DNA of 20,000 nucleotides from Proteromonas lacertae (Eukaryota): NCBI GenBank assembly GCA_002245135.1, contig NGBS01000315.1, positions 106,312 to 126,311 of the forward strand, read 5' to 3'. Shown piece by piece: positions 1 to 10,640 of this stretch (position 1 is its first letter; each line of letters starts with the position of its first letter). The notes under the pieces were generated by a model. It saw only the letters and a program-made list of their open reading frames with translations, ran no database searches and was not told where the DNA came from. The position numbers and the translations under genes were made by a program.

Positions 1-3000
1 TATAAAGAAAAATATGGAGGAATTCCTGTTTTTTTTGACATCAATCTTGATGAAATAATTGATGAATATAAAATGATTGATGTTTATGGTGGTATTGCTG
101 CTAAATATAATGAATATATATATATTTATGATGTTAAGAATGAGTTTGAAATTCCTCAGAAATTGAAATTTATCTCAAATTATATTGAAGAAATGGTATC
201 AAAGAAAGTAATTATAGATGAAAACAATTATAATATTTATCTTGCTCTTTTAACAGAAAAAATCGAAGGAAAAAATGAGAAAATAGGTTCAGAAGGTGGA
301 TGGTATTATCAACATTTGGTATTATATCTGAAATCTTGTAATATTGAATCAAAAATAACTGAAGAATCACAATTGGATGGAATAGATAGAAGAAATTTAC
401 CATTATTCATTAATTGTTCATTTCAATCTAATTTTCCATGTGTCGATGCAATAGAGATTAATAGAAAGTGTATAAATGGAATACAAGTAACTGTATCTGA
501 CCAACATAGCATTAAAGAATCTGTAAGTATTTTATTCAATGTGATATTTAAAGAAACATATAGAAAGAGAAAAGAAATCATCATAGCAATGTTTCAGAAT
601 AGAGAAATAGATGAACTTTCTGAAACTCTTTATTATTTAGGAGTATATTAATTATCTAGTTTTTTATATTTATATAGTATACACCATCTTCAATGATAGA
701 TCAAGCATTAAATATCCATATGAATAAAGTAAATGAATATATACAAACTGAGTCAGAATTAAGATTTGGATTTAAAATACTTTTTTTATTTGAATTATTC
801 ACAGATGCTAGTACAAATATTGATAATTGTGTAATAAGAATTATCAAATCAATAACAATAGAAAATATGAATAAAATCTTTGATAAAGATGAATTAGTAG
901 ATATTATCAAAGATATTACAGTTGTAGCTGTTGAATTGAAAATTATCAATACTTACTATAATAAAGAAGAATTACAAGCATTAAAACAGATTAAAGCAAA
1001 GTGGGAAGATCCTGGAGTTAATAAAGTTAATATTACCCCAAAAGATAAAAAAAAAATATCCAAAGAAATATTAGAATTTGAAGATAATAAAACAAAATGG
1101 GAAGAATATCAAAAAATAATAAACAGAAAACCATTTGAAAATTATGAGAATAATAATGTTAAAATTATAATAAAAAAGAAAGTAGAGAAATTAATATTTG
1201 ATGCAAAAGATTATGCTTATGACTGTTTTATTCAGAATGAAATAGATAATGATATACATAAAAAAGGAAGGTCAAATATAAAAGGAAGAAATATAATGAA
1301 AAAGAATAAGGATATTATTACAAAAATAATAAAAGAAGAAGTTCAAAAGGTGGAAAGTGATGATGAGTTAATTAATAAATACCTTAATGAAGATTATAAT
1401 CCCAGATTTGTAATTACAATGATAAGTCATAAATATGATGTGGCAATGAATATAGAAGATAGTTTTGAATTTAGTCAATATGGTGAAAATTTAAAAGGAA
1501 AAATGTCAAAATACATAGAATATATTTATCCATCATATAATTCATTTGAAGATGTAATAAAAGTGAGAATAATGACAAACAAATTCAAAAGAGTGGAACA
1601 AGCTAATGAAATTATATCATATATCGAATTAGAGAGAAGAAGAATAAACGATCTGACATTAAATGTTGGTAATATATATTATGAAGATGATAAGAAGAAA
1701 AAACTTGAATTAAATGAAGAAGAGTTAGGTATAACGAATGATTTGATAGAAGAATTAAAAAGTAATCAAAAAATGAAAAGGTTTTTGGATTCTAATTTTA
1801 TATATTTAAATCCATCAAATATGATATGTAGATCATATAAAGAAGGTTTAGATAAGTTAAATGTGATTTTAAGTAATTATATTTCTCCAACAACATTTTA
1901 TACAAAAGATGGACAAAGAAGAAACTATTGTGATTGTAGAAAGGATAATACAAAACCAATTCTAAATCCATATTTATTGATTGAATTAAAAAATGAAAAT
2001 AATATAAATATTACCATTAGAGATGAATTGGATTCTGATAATTTTGCATATGATAATTTGTGTGGCTTAATTTTAAAAGCAAAAGATTATAAAGATGAAG
2101 TTTATAATGTTAAAGAAATTTTAACTTGTCCATATTGTTATGAGAATAATATAACGATAATTCCAAGAGAATGTGAATATATAAATGATTTTGACAATAG
2201 AAAATCATTCTATTGTTATTATTGTAAAATGAATGTATCATGCATACCTAAATTAGATGCTAAAGGTAAAACCGAATTGAGATATGTAGAAGGTGGTATT
2301 AATATATTATATAATAATGAACTGAAAGAAAGTTATAAATACCATGATGATGCTCCTACTCCTCCTCCTCACAATGCTACATCATCTTTTTCCTCTACTG
2401 ACGATGAAATTGAAACTGAAGATAGTAAAAAAGAAGATGCTAATGATTATTTTTCTGTTCCATTTTCATACTCTACTGATACAGCAATGGAAAATAAAGA
2501 TAATAATAATAATGCAATTACTGATTCTCTTAAAAGAAAGTGGAAAGGAACAGATGTGGAGAAGGGGACAAAGAAAAGTAAGTATGATAATAATAGATAC
2601 GAAGCTTTTGCTCCTCTTCCTCCTTCTGATAATGCTTCTAGTAAAATGGAAAGTGAAAATGATGAAGATGATTATGAAAAGTATTTTTCTAGGAGTAACT
2701 CTGCTAGAGTCTATCCTCCAAATAAGAAAATTAAAACTACTTACAATTTTTTTCAAACATTACAACTAAAACCACCACCATTCAAGAGAAATAGTATATA
2801 AATTTATATATAATAAAATAGGTTTTGATTATTTGCAATATATATTTAGTAGTCAACAACCCCCAAAATTTATGTATAATGAAACGTTGATAAAGCTTGA
2901 TGAGAGTATAAAAATATTTCAATATCCAATGAAAAAGATATTAGTAAGAGATTATTATCCACTCTTTTGGAAAAGAATAGAATATAATATAATTCTTAAT

Positions 3001-4935
3001 TATTTTAATGTTTTTAATAATGATGAAGAAAAATTAAAAGAATTATTGAATTATTTAGATGTAGATGTTCATCCTTTAGATAATATTAAAAATATTGTTG
3101 AAAGAGAGAAAGAAAGATTAAAAAGAATTATCAAATTTGAACCTACTAATATTAATGTTAAAAGTTACTATTTATTAAGAGGTCAACCAGGATGTGGAAA
3201 ATCCACCTTTTTAATTTATTTTATTTTAAAATTTATCCAAATGAAGGAAAAATTAGGTATTAATTTAGGTTTGACATATTTCAAAAGTACAAAGAAAGAA
3301 GATGGAAATCTGAATTATCCTGCTAGATATTGTTTGAATGGATGTAATTTAAAAGAAGGTGGAAAAACTGAAAATATAGTAATATGTGATTCATATAATA
3401 TTGATTATGAAACCGTATCAGAGGGTAGGATAATTATTAATGTCAGTTCTCCAGATAATAAAAACTATTCTTATATGAAAGAATTTGAACATCATAATAA
3501 AGTCTATTTCTATTTAGATATTTGTAATAAAAAAGAGATAGATATATGGAAAGAAAATTGTTTACCTGCTGAATTAGGAAATGCAATTGATAATGATCTT
3601 ATTTCTTTATACAATCGAGTACCAAGACATTTATATTTTGCAGCAATATATAAAGCATATTATATAACAGAAGATAAACCAAATGGAAGAAATTATTGGG
3701 ATGAAATATATACAAATTGTATTAAAACAACTGTGAATACCCTTGGTTATTATGATTTTATAAAGAAATATCTTTTTCCATGTGAAAGAGATAATGAAAC
3801 AAAAAACTTGGAAAATGATATTGTGGTTGATATAGAGAAAGAAAAATTTATTGTTGATAGATTAGATACAGATTTATCACATTATGTTGTAAAATACAAA
3901 GTATTAGATTATGATTCAATTGATAGACTTCAATTAGAATATATATCTGATGAAGTATTTAAATATCTATATTTATGTACAAGTCACAGATACACTGAAA
4001 AAGAATTTAAAAATATAATGGATTATTTTATATCTGTAATAAGAACAAATGAAAATCATCCACTATATAAACTATTATTCAGAGAATTGGTGTGGTATTC
4101 AATTACGAATAATGTAGAGTGGGATAATAAAGTCATAAAGTTTAATAATATTCAGATGAATGTATTAGATAAATATTTCCGAAATACTACAACATCAATA
4201 GGATGTGGAGAAGGTTATTATATTGGTCAATTTGATATTGGTAAAAATTATGATATTTGTTATATTGTTAATAATGTTGTTGTACTTCCATTTTCGCATG
4301 ATGTAAATAAAATAATGAATGATAAAGAATTTATAAAGTATTTTGAGGATTATTCAAAAGATATTAATTGGCATATATATCCAGTAATAATTAAAATTGA
4401 AGATATACAGAATGGTAAGCAGTATGTAAATGATAATGAGTATGTTAAATTAACTGTACAACTGCCTAAACAATATGTAATAGATCAATCATTTAACTTT
4501 CTTTACACTATTGAAGGGTTTAAAGAATGGATTGATGCTTATGAAAGAAGTGTTATATACAATATTATAGATCAAAATAATGATTTAAGACAAATTATTT
4601 ATTGTTTGTTAAGTTTATATTGTACAGAATCATGTGAATCGTTTTGTTTGGCTCATTATCAATCTAATAAAGAGAAATTCGTGGATGAAATTACCCATAA
4701 TTCATACGATATGAATGTATTACCAGCTTATATATTGGTTATAATTTATAAAGAAGAAGGTGATTATCTAGAAAGATATGTAAATTTTAAAGGTAAGTTG
4801 CAATATAGTCTATTTGGATATATTAAAAATACTGAAAAAGGTTATGTAATTATAAATAATTTTGGTAAAGAAGTAAAACAGATTAAAGATGAAAAAATAT
4901 ATATGCTATTATATAAGTATGAAGAATCAAACTGA
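1..4935 (+). CDS. Large Crinkler/RHS-type protein, 5'-partial; predicted exons <1..642, 678..2793, 2822..4935 (>1600 aa): NTPase tail, PD-(D/E)xK REase, helical region, Cys cluster, acidic linker, P-loop NTPase, possible degenerate USP-like C-terminus
   Basis: Frame 1 is open from base 1 (YKEKYGGIPVFF, like the GG.PR motif ending CR-NTPases). ORF 73..651 has the CR-REase signature SNFPCVDA...GIQVTVSDQHSI. ORF 2833..4935 has LVRDYY, Walker A LLRGQPGCGKSTFLIY, IVICD, INVSSPDNKNY and YNRVPRHL. Removing GT-AG introns 643..677 and 2794..2821 joins all three ORFs in frame (LYYLG|YTPSSMID; FKRN-S-FDYLQY). Confidence 0.8.
643..677 (+). other. Spliceosomal intron (35 nt)
   Basis: gtatatta...tatatag. 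It contains the stop of ORF 73..651, and its removal puts exon 1 in frame with the ATG at 693. Confidence 0.8.
2794..2821 (+). other. Spliceosomal intron (28 nt)
   Basis: gtatataa...aaaatag. It contains the stop of ORF 693..2801; phase-1 splicing gives AGT and restores the frame into the TTG-started ORF at 2833. Confidence 0.78.
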
Positions 4936-5002
4936 AATTGATTGTTGAGGATTATTACTTATTATTATTAAAATGTTTAGAGTAATACTTATAATATATT
5001 AC

Positions 5003-5087
5003 TCATATACTTCTTTTGTTGGGATTCTTTTGTTTAGAGCCATATCCTCCTTTCTGTCCTTTCTTCTCTCGTCTCACCTGTACGTAA
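5003..5087 (-). pseudogene. Possible 3' remnant of a gene (basic tail YVQVRREKKGQKGGYGSKQKNPNKRSI*) cut off at the inverted-repeat junction
   Basis: GC-richer, purine-biased patch with a short open frame ending in TGA at 5003..5005, abutting the left IR arm at 5088. The identity is a guess. Confidence 0.3.
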
Positions 5088-5439
5088 ATCTAATTTAGTA
5101 AGAACAGTTGCATTTATTACAGCTCCAAAGAATTATCGAAATACAATAATCTCAATTACATCTAATATCTTAAAATCTGATGCTTTTGAAAATGATTTAC
5201 ATTCTTCTTCACCTGATATAGCTTATTCCTCTGTAATTGTCAGACAAACTGATATTTATGAATAACCACAAACCAGATCAGCTGCTAGTAAGATTGGAGA
5301 AGCAATTGGCATTTCTTTTGGTGTAGTTATTGGTACTTTGATTATAATTAGTTTAGTTGGTTATACAATAATCAACAGAAGAGAACTTGTTGTAAAGACA
5401 TCTCACCAAGAAAGATCTTCATTAAAAGCAACTAATTAA
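5088..5439 (+). pseudogene. Duplicated 3' end of the Ig-like/HormR membrane-protein pseudogene (stalk, TM helix, tail)
   Basis: Inverted copy of 8249..8600: SNLVRTVAF...DIYE*PQTRSAASKIGEAIGISFGVVIGTLIIISLVGYTIINRRELV...KATN*, with an internal TAA. Confidence 0.8.
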
Positions 5440-5694
5440 AAGTTGTTTGGTTATTGGACTATCTGGCTATAAATTTGCCATTGAGAGAAATTATGTGTGT
5501 TGAATTAGGTTTAATATTAATCATGAGAGTAAAATTAAGATAAATCTTTCTATGAATTGATATTAACCTTCTTTATAATTAATCTTTACTAATTAATTTT
5601 CGATTGATTTTAATTCAATTTGTTTATGTTATTTTATTGTTTCTATACCTGTTCTGCATCATAATAAAAGGAAAGAAAAAAGAAAAAGAATAAA

Positions 5695-5813
5695 AAGAAT
5701 CGTTACTATGACTTCGCACAGAGTCCCCCACTGTACTACTATCATAGCTCGTACAATCTTAACTTCGCAGTTCTGATGGGATGCGGTGCTTTATTGTAGA
5801 TATGAACGATTCT
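5695..5813 (-). rRNA. 5S ribosomal RNA (eukaryotic type)
   Basis: Exact reverse complement of 7875..7993, followed on the minus strand by T-runs (A-runs at 5676..5696). Confidence 0.95.
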
Positions 5814-7874
5814 GATTAATTTTTCACTCATTTTTCTGATATATCACTCTCTCTTTTATTATTTCTTATAAACAATTAATATCATACTAATAATGTTATA
5901 ATAAAAGGAGATATACTATATATCAATCTATTCATGTTATTATATTATTATCTATGCTTAATGATGATTTAAAGAGAAAAAATGAAAAATGATGAAAGAA
6001 ACGGCTAAATATTTATAAATATAAAACTATTTTTGTGAAATTGATGTGTAAATGATATATTATGGTGAATATAAGTGTATGATGCTGAAGTATGATAATA
6101 ATTGTATTTATATAGATAAAATAGATGAGGAAAGAGACAGATTTCAAATCTATTTGAAACTTGAACAATATGATGGTGTTATAAAGATGTAGAAAATAGT
6201 ATAAATTTAAAAATGATGTGATTGAGCATAATTGTGATGATTTGTATAAATTGTGAATTTGTGTAAGATAAAATGAGTTTAAAGAAATAAAGATGTGATA
6301 TTTGATTAATTTGAATGTTATTATTCCGATTATTTATATGATGATGTAAGATAAGTGAATATAGAAAAAGTGATTAACAATAGTCTTGATTTGAAAGTTT
6401 CAAATATCTTAATATCTAAGAAGATGTAGTAGATTATTTGAGGATGATATTATCTCTAGATTTGTATATATTGAAAAATAAAAGTTATTATTTGATGAAT
6501 TATTATTGTGATATTTTTATGTGAAATAGAAGTGTGATAATTTTGTATTTAAATGAAATACTCAATTGAAAGATTAATAGAAATGGTTATTGTTAATATT
6601 ATAATATGATTTTATGTTTTATGATGATGGTTAAAAAGGAGGAGAAAGAAGAATAGAATGAAAGAAGTAGTTGATATAAATAATCCTTACAGAATTGCCA
6701 TTGAAATTAGTTTGAATAATATTTAATATAAGTTATGTAAGTGATTAGTATATATATGGAAATTGGATTATGATTGGAATATTTTATATTTATGATAGAG
6801 AATGATGAGAGAAAAGTTTTATTCATTATTATAATTTATTTATTTTATATTATTAATATTTTATGTGTGTTGTATATTTGTATAGAAACAATTAATCTTT
6901 CATTATTCTTCTATTACAATATTTTTACATCTTACACACAAGAAAACAATACTAACAAATATACAATGAAGGTTTAATAGAGTTTTATTTAATTAATTGT
7001 TTAAAATATGTAATTCAATTATCTTCATACTATTTTTTTCTTCCTCCTCCTTTTTAACCATCATCATAAAACATAAAATCATATTATAATATTAACAATA
7101 ACCATTTCTATTAATCTTTCAATTGAGTATTTCATTTAAATACAAAATTATCACACTTCTATTTCACATAAAAATATCACAATAATAATTCATCAAATAA
7201 TAACTTTTATTTTTCAATATATACAAATCTAGAGATAATATCATCCTCAAATAATCTACTACATCTTCTTAGATATTAAGATATTTGAAACTTTCAAATC
7301 AAGACTATTGTTAATCACTTTTTCTATATTCACTTATCTTACATCATCATATAAATAATCGGAATAATAACATTCAAATTAATCAAATATCACATCTTTA
7401 TTTCTTTAAACTCATTTTATCTTACACAAATTCACAATTTATACAAATCATCACAATTATGCTCAATCACATCATTTTTAAATTTAAACTATTTTCTACA
7501 TCTTTATAACACCATCAGGTTGTTCCATTCTGAAAAGGATGTGCAATCCAGTTATTTCCTCATTTATTTTATCTATATAAATACAATTATTATCATACTT
7601 CAGCATCATACACTTATATTCACCATAATATATCATTTACACATCAATTTCACAAAAATAGTTTTATATTTATAAATATTTAGCCGTTTCTTTCATCATT
7701 TTTCATTTTTTCTCTTTAAATCATCATTAAGCATAGATAATAATATAATAACATGAATAGATTGATATATAGTATATTTCCTTTTATTATAACATTATTA
7801 GTATGATATTAATTGTTTATAAGAAATAATAAAAGAGAGAGTGATATATCAGAAAAATGAGTGAAAAATTAATC

Positions 7875-7993
7875 AGAATCGTTCATATCTACAATAAAGC
7901 ACCGCATCCCATCAGAACTGCGAAGTTAAGATTGTACGAGCTATGATAGTAGTACAGTGGGGGACTCTGTGCGAAGTCATAGTAACGATTCTT
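7875..7993 (+). rRNA. 5S ribosomal RNA (eukaryotic type)
   Basis: ~119 nt with terminal helix AGAATCGTT/AACGATTCT and conserved CACCGCATCCCATCAGAACTGCGAAGTTAAG, TAGTA and GTGGGGGAC...GAAG. Locally high GC, followed by oligo-T. Confidence 0.95.
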
Positions 7994-8012
7994 TTTATTC
8001 TTTTTCTTTTTT
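7992..8012 (+). terminator. RNA polymerase III oligo-T terminator of the 5S gene (mirror copy at 5676..5696 on the minus strand)
   Basis: Three T-runs of 5-6 nt directly after the 3' strand of 5S helix I. Confidence 0.75.
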
Positions 8013-8248
8013 CTTTCCTTTTATTATGATGCAGAACAGGTATAGAAACAATAAAATAACACAAACAAATAGAATTAAAATCAATCGAAAATTAATTTGT
8101 GTAGATTTATTAAAGAAAAGATTAGAATCAATTGGTAGAAAGATTTATCTTAATTTTACTCTCATGATTAATATTAAACCTAATTCAACACACATAATTT
8201 CTCTCAATGGCAAATTTATAGCCAGATAGTCCAATAACCAAACAACTT

Positions 8249-9400
8249 TTAATTAGTTGCTTTTAATGAAGATCTTTCTTGGTGAGATGTCTTTACAACA
8301 AGTTCTCTTCTGTTGATTATTGTATAACCAACTAAACTAATTATAATCAAAGTACCAATAACTACACCAAAAGAAATGCCAATTGCTTCTCCAATCTTAC
8401 TAGCAGCTGATCTGGTTTGTGGTTATTCATAAATATCAGTTTGTCTGACAATTACAGAGGAATAAGCTATATCAGGTGAAGAAGAATGTAAATCATTTTC
8501 AAAAGCATCAGATTTTAAGATATTAGATGTAATTGAGATTATTGTATTTCGATAATTCTTTGGAGCTGTAATAAATGCAACTGTTCTTACTAAATTAGAT
8601 GTCATATCCATATTAGCTGTATATCAATCTAATCTTACATTCGTTCTATCAACATCAAATGAAACTGCACTTCTTAAATGAGTTATTAATAGATTTCTAA
8701 TTATCACAAATGCTTGAGGATTTACTGCTTGACCAGATACACCAGTTGTATAATCGATTTCTATCTTAGTAATTATTCTTCCACTTACTAATGGAGGATC
8801 TTCTACATATTCTCTACAATCTGTATCATCTACAGCTTGCCATTTTGGATTTAAGTAATTATCACCTCTACATTGTCTTTGAAGAATACCTGTCTTACCA
8901 TCTTTACATAGTATATAAGCAGAAGTTGCTGGCCATTCGCCATTAGCTGGACATGTACTGGAAATGATTTGAAGATAAACATTTGTATAATAAATCATTA
9001 AGATTTATAATGTTTCTTTCATTAATTCGGATGGTCTTCCACTGAATTTACCTTCACTGAATGTTATACCAGCTGGTAAAGTAGGATAACCAGGTAATAT
9101 TCATTCTAATACATTATATTTTATATTTGGTGTTAAATCTTCTTCTCCCCAAACTGGTTTACAATCTGATACTGTACATGTTCTATAGGAATAACCCATA
9201 TAACCTTCACTACAAGCTATTTGACCTCTTTCACCTACATTCGTTGCTGGATAACCATTATCTACACTACATGTTGATGCAATTACTTCCAATTGGATTG
9301 TATATGTCTTTGTTGTTTGATCTCTTGCAGCTATACCAGTTATTGTGTAAGTCATTAATTCTCTTCTTACTGTAGGAGTTCCTGTTATTGTACCAATCTT
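8249..9400 (-). pseudogene. Pseudogene of a type-I membrane surface protein with putative Ig-like (He_PIG-like) and Cys-rich HormR-like modules; 5'-truncated
   Basis: GTITGTPTVRRELMTYTITG and LPAGITFSEGKFSGRPSE are putative-Ig-type motifs. Two C-x4-G[YW]PAT...C..G..G...R.C...W modules. C-terminal TM AIGISFGVVIGTLIIISLVGYTII. In-frame stops at 9101, ~9005, 8624 and 8423, a frameshift near 9000, and apparent internal deletions. Confidence 0.82.
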
Positions 9401-9478
9401 ATTTACATATAAACAATACCTTTTAACACTATTACTAAGTACTTATTCATTCACATAAATCATTTACACAAACATCTC

Positions 9479-10297
9479 ATATCACATATAATTCATCATT
9501 TTATATCTCTTTCATTGGTATCTCACACTCTTACTATTCTTTTCTTTCTAACAGTCTAATATATACATGCTCATATCATTTCATCCAACATTCTATTATT
9601 ATATACATCAAAAACTACATACACTTATTTTCATTCAATAGATTGAAAATCAGAAAATTCTAAAAATTTCATCAAGCCTAATGATTATTCAAACCCAATA
9701 AACAAAGAAATGCTATTTTTGTGATTACCATGAAGTATATTGGTGAAATGATGTGTATTTCGATGATGGTGATAATGATGAAATATGTGAATATGTATAG
9801 AATATATGATAGTAGTTGATAGTTTTGTAAAAGTGAGTGAAAGATAATATTAGAATTACATAAAATGAAAGATGATATAAAACAGTGAAATCTAATGTTT
9901 AATGATTTATTGTAGTATAGTGTTCAAAAATTGTGTGTAAGTTGTTTTTGAATAGTTTAAAAGCTGTGTATGATGATAATATGATAACATGAATATGGTG
10001 TGAGTGTAAGTGTGATGAATATATGATTGTGTGGATTAATAAAAGTGAAAATAAGAATATATTCGAGAAAATTCTGAGAAAAGAATCAAGCCAAATATAT
10101 TCTAAGAATATTTTATTTATAAAAATCAAGATGAATAAATGTATGTTGAAATATAGTGAAAAAAATGATATAGAATTGTATGTGATGAAATTATAATGAA
10201 AATTCAATCCCAGATATATCTCAAGCCAAGAAATAAAGAAATGTTTTATTTGTGGTTATTATGAACTATATTGCTGAAATGAAATGTATTTAGATGA
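9479..10297 (+). repeat. Dispersed non-coding element A, copy 1 (~0.8 kb)
   Basis: Highly similar direct repeat of 12663..13478; weaker similarity extends left to ~9418. Confidence 0.92.
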
Positions 10298-10640
10298 TAA
10301 TAATATGAAATTTAAATACGTATAGTATAGATGATATTGTTTGACAAATTTCTAACTGTTATGTTAGATTTATGTTGTTTGTGTGATTTCTGTGATGGGA
10401 TTTAAAGAATTTAATTTAATTTTTTAGGTAAAATATGATTATCTTTTCTACTTCATCATTTGTTGCTATCAAGTAATTTACATCTTTCCACAACAATAAG
10501 AATTTGATGAAATTCAATACAAGAGCCATAACATTTCTTCTATATGTATTAAATTGTTCATTTGTATCATAAATCTTTGTATGCTTTTTAATAAAACTCT
10601 TTGTAATTTTAGTAGTTATTCTTGGATAGTGTATTATTTT

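Larger units (their letters stand above)
5088..6644. repeat. Inverted repeat 1, left arm (1557 bp)
   Basis: Reverse complement of 7044..8600. Paired coordinates sum to 13688 at both ends and at the 5S genes, so there is no net indel. Scattered SNPs plus two diverged patches. Confidence 0.97.
7044..8600. repeat. Inverted repeat 1, right arm (1557 bp)
   Basis: Reverse complement of 5088..6644, with a ~400 bp spacer at 6645..7043. Confidence 0.97.

Noticed and set aside
212..2769. Overlapping ORFs 212..403, 701..949, 2344..2769 and 2466..2756
   Set aside because: Shadow or alternative frames of the CR gene with biased composition and no recognisable motifs.
7957..8229. 90-aa ORF
   Set aside because: It starts at a GTG inside the 5S rRNA gene and runs through its T-rich terminator.
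5088..8600. IR1 as a pure fold-back sequencing chimera or as a TIR DNA transposon
   Set aside because: The arms differ by clustered substitutions without net indels and have a unique spacer. There is no transposase or TSD, and one arm is continuous with the flanking pseudogene.
8249..9400. Stop-codon reassignment or readthrough to explain in-frame TGA/TAA in the Ig-like gene
   Set aside because: Both stop types occur together with a frameshift and deletions, while neighbouring long ORFs have no internal stops and end in TAA/TGA. Pseudogenisation is simpler.
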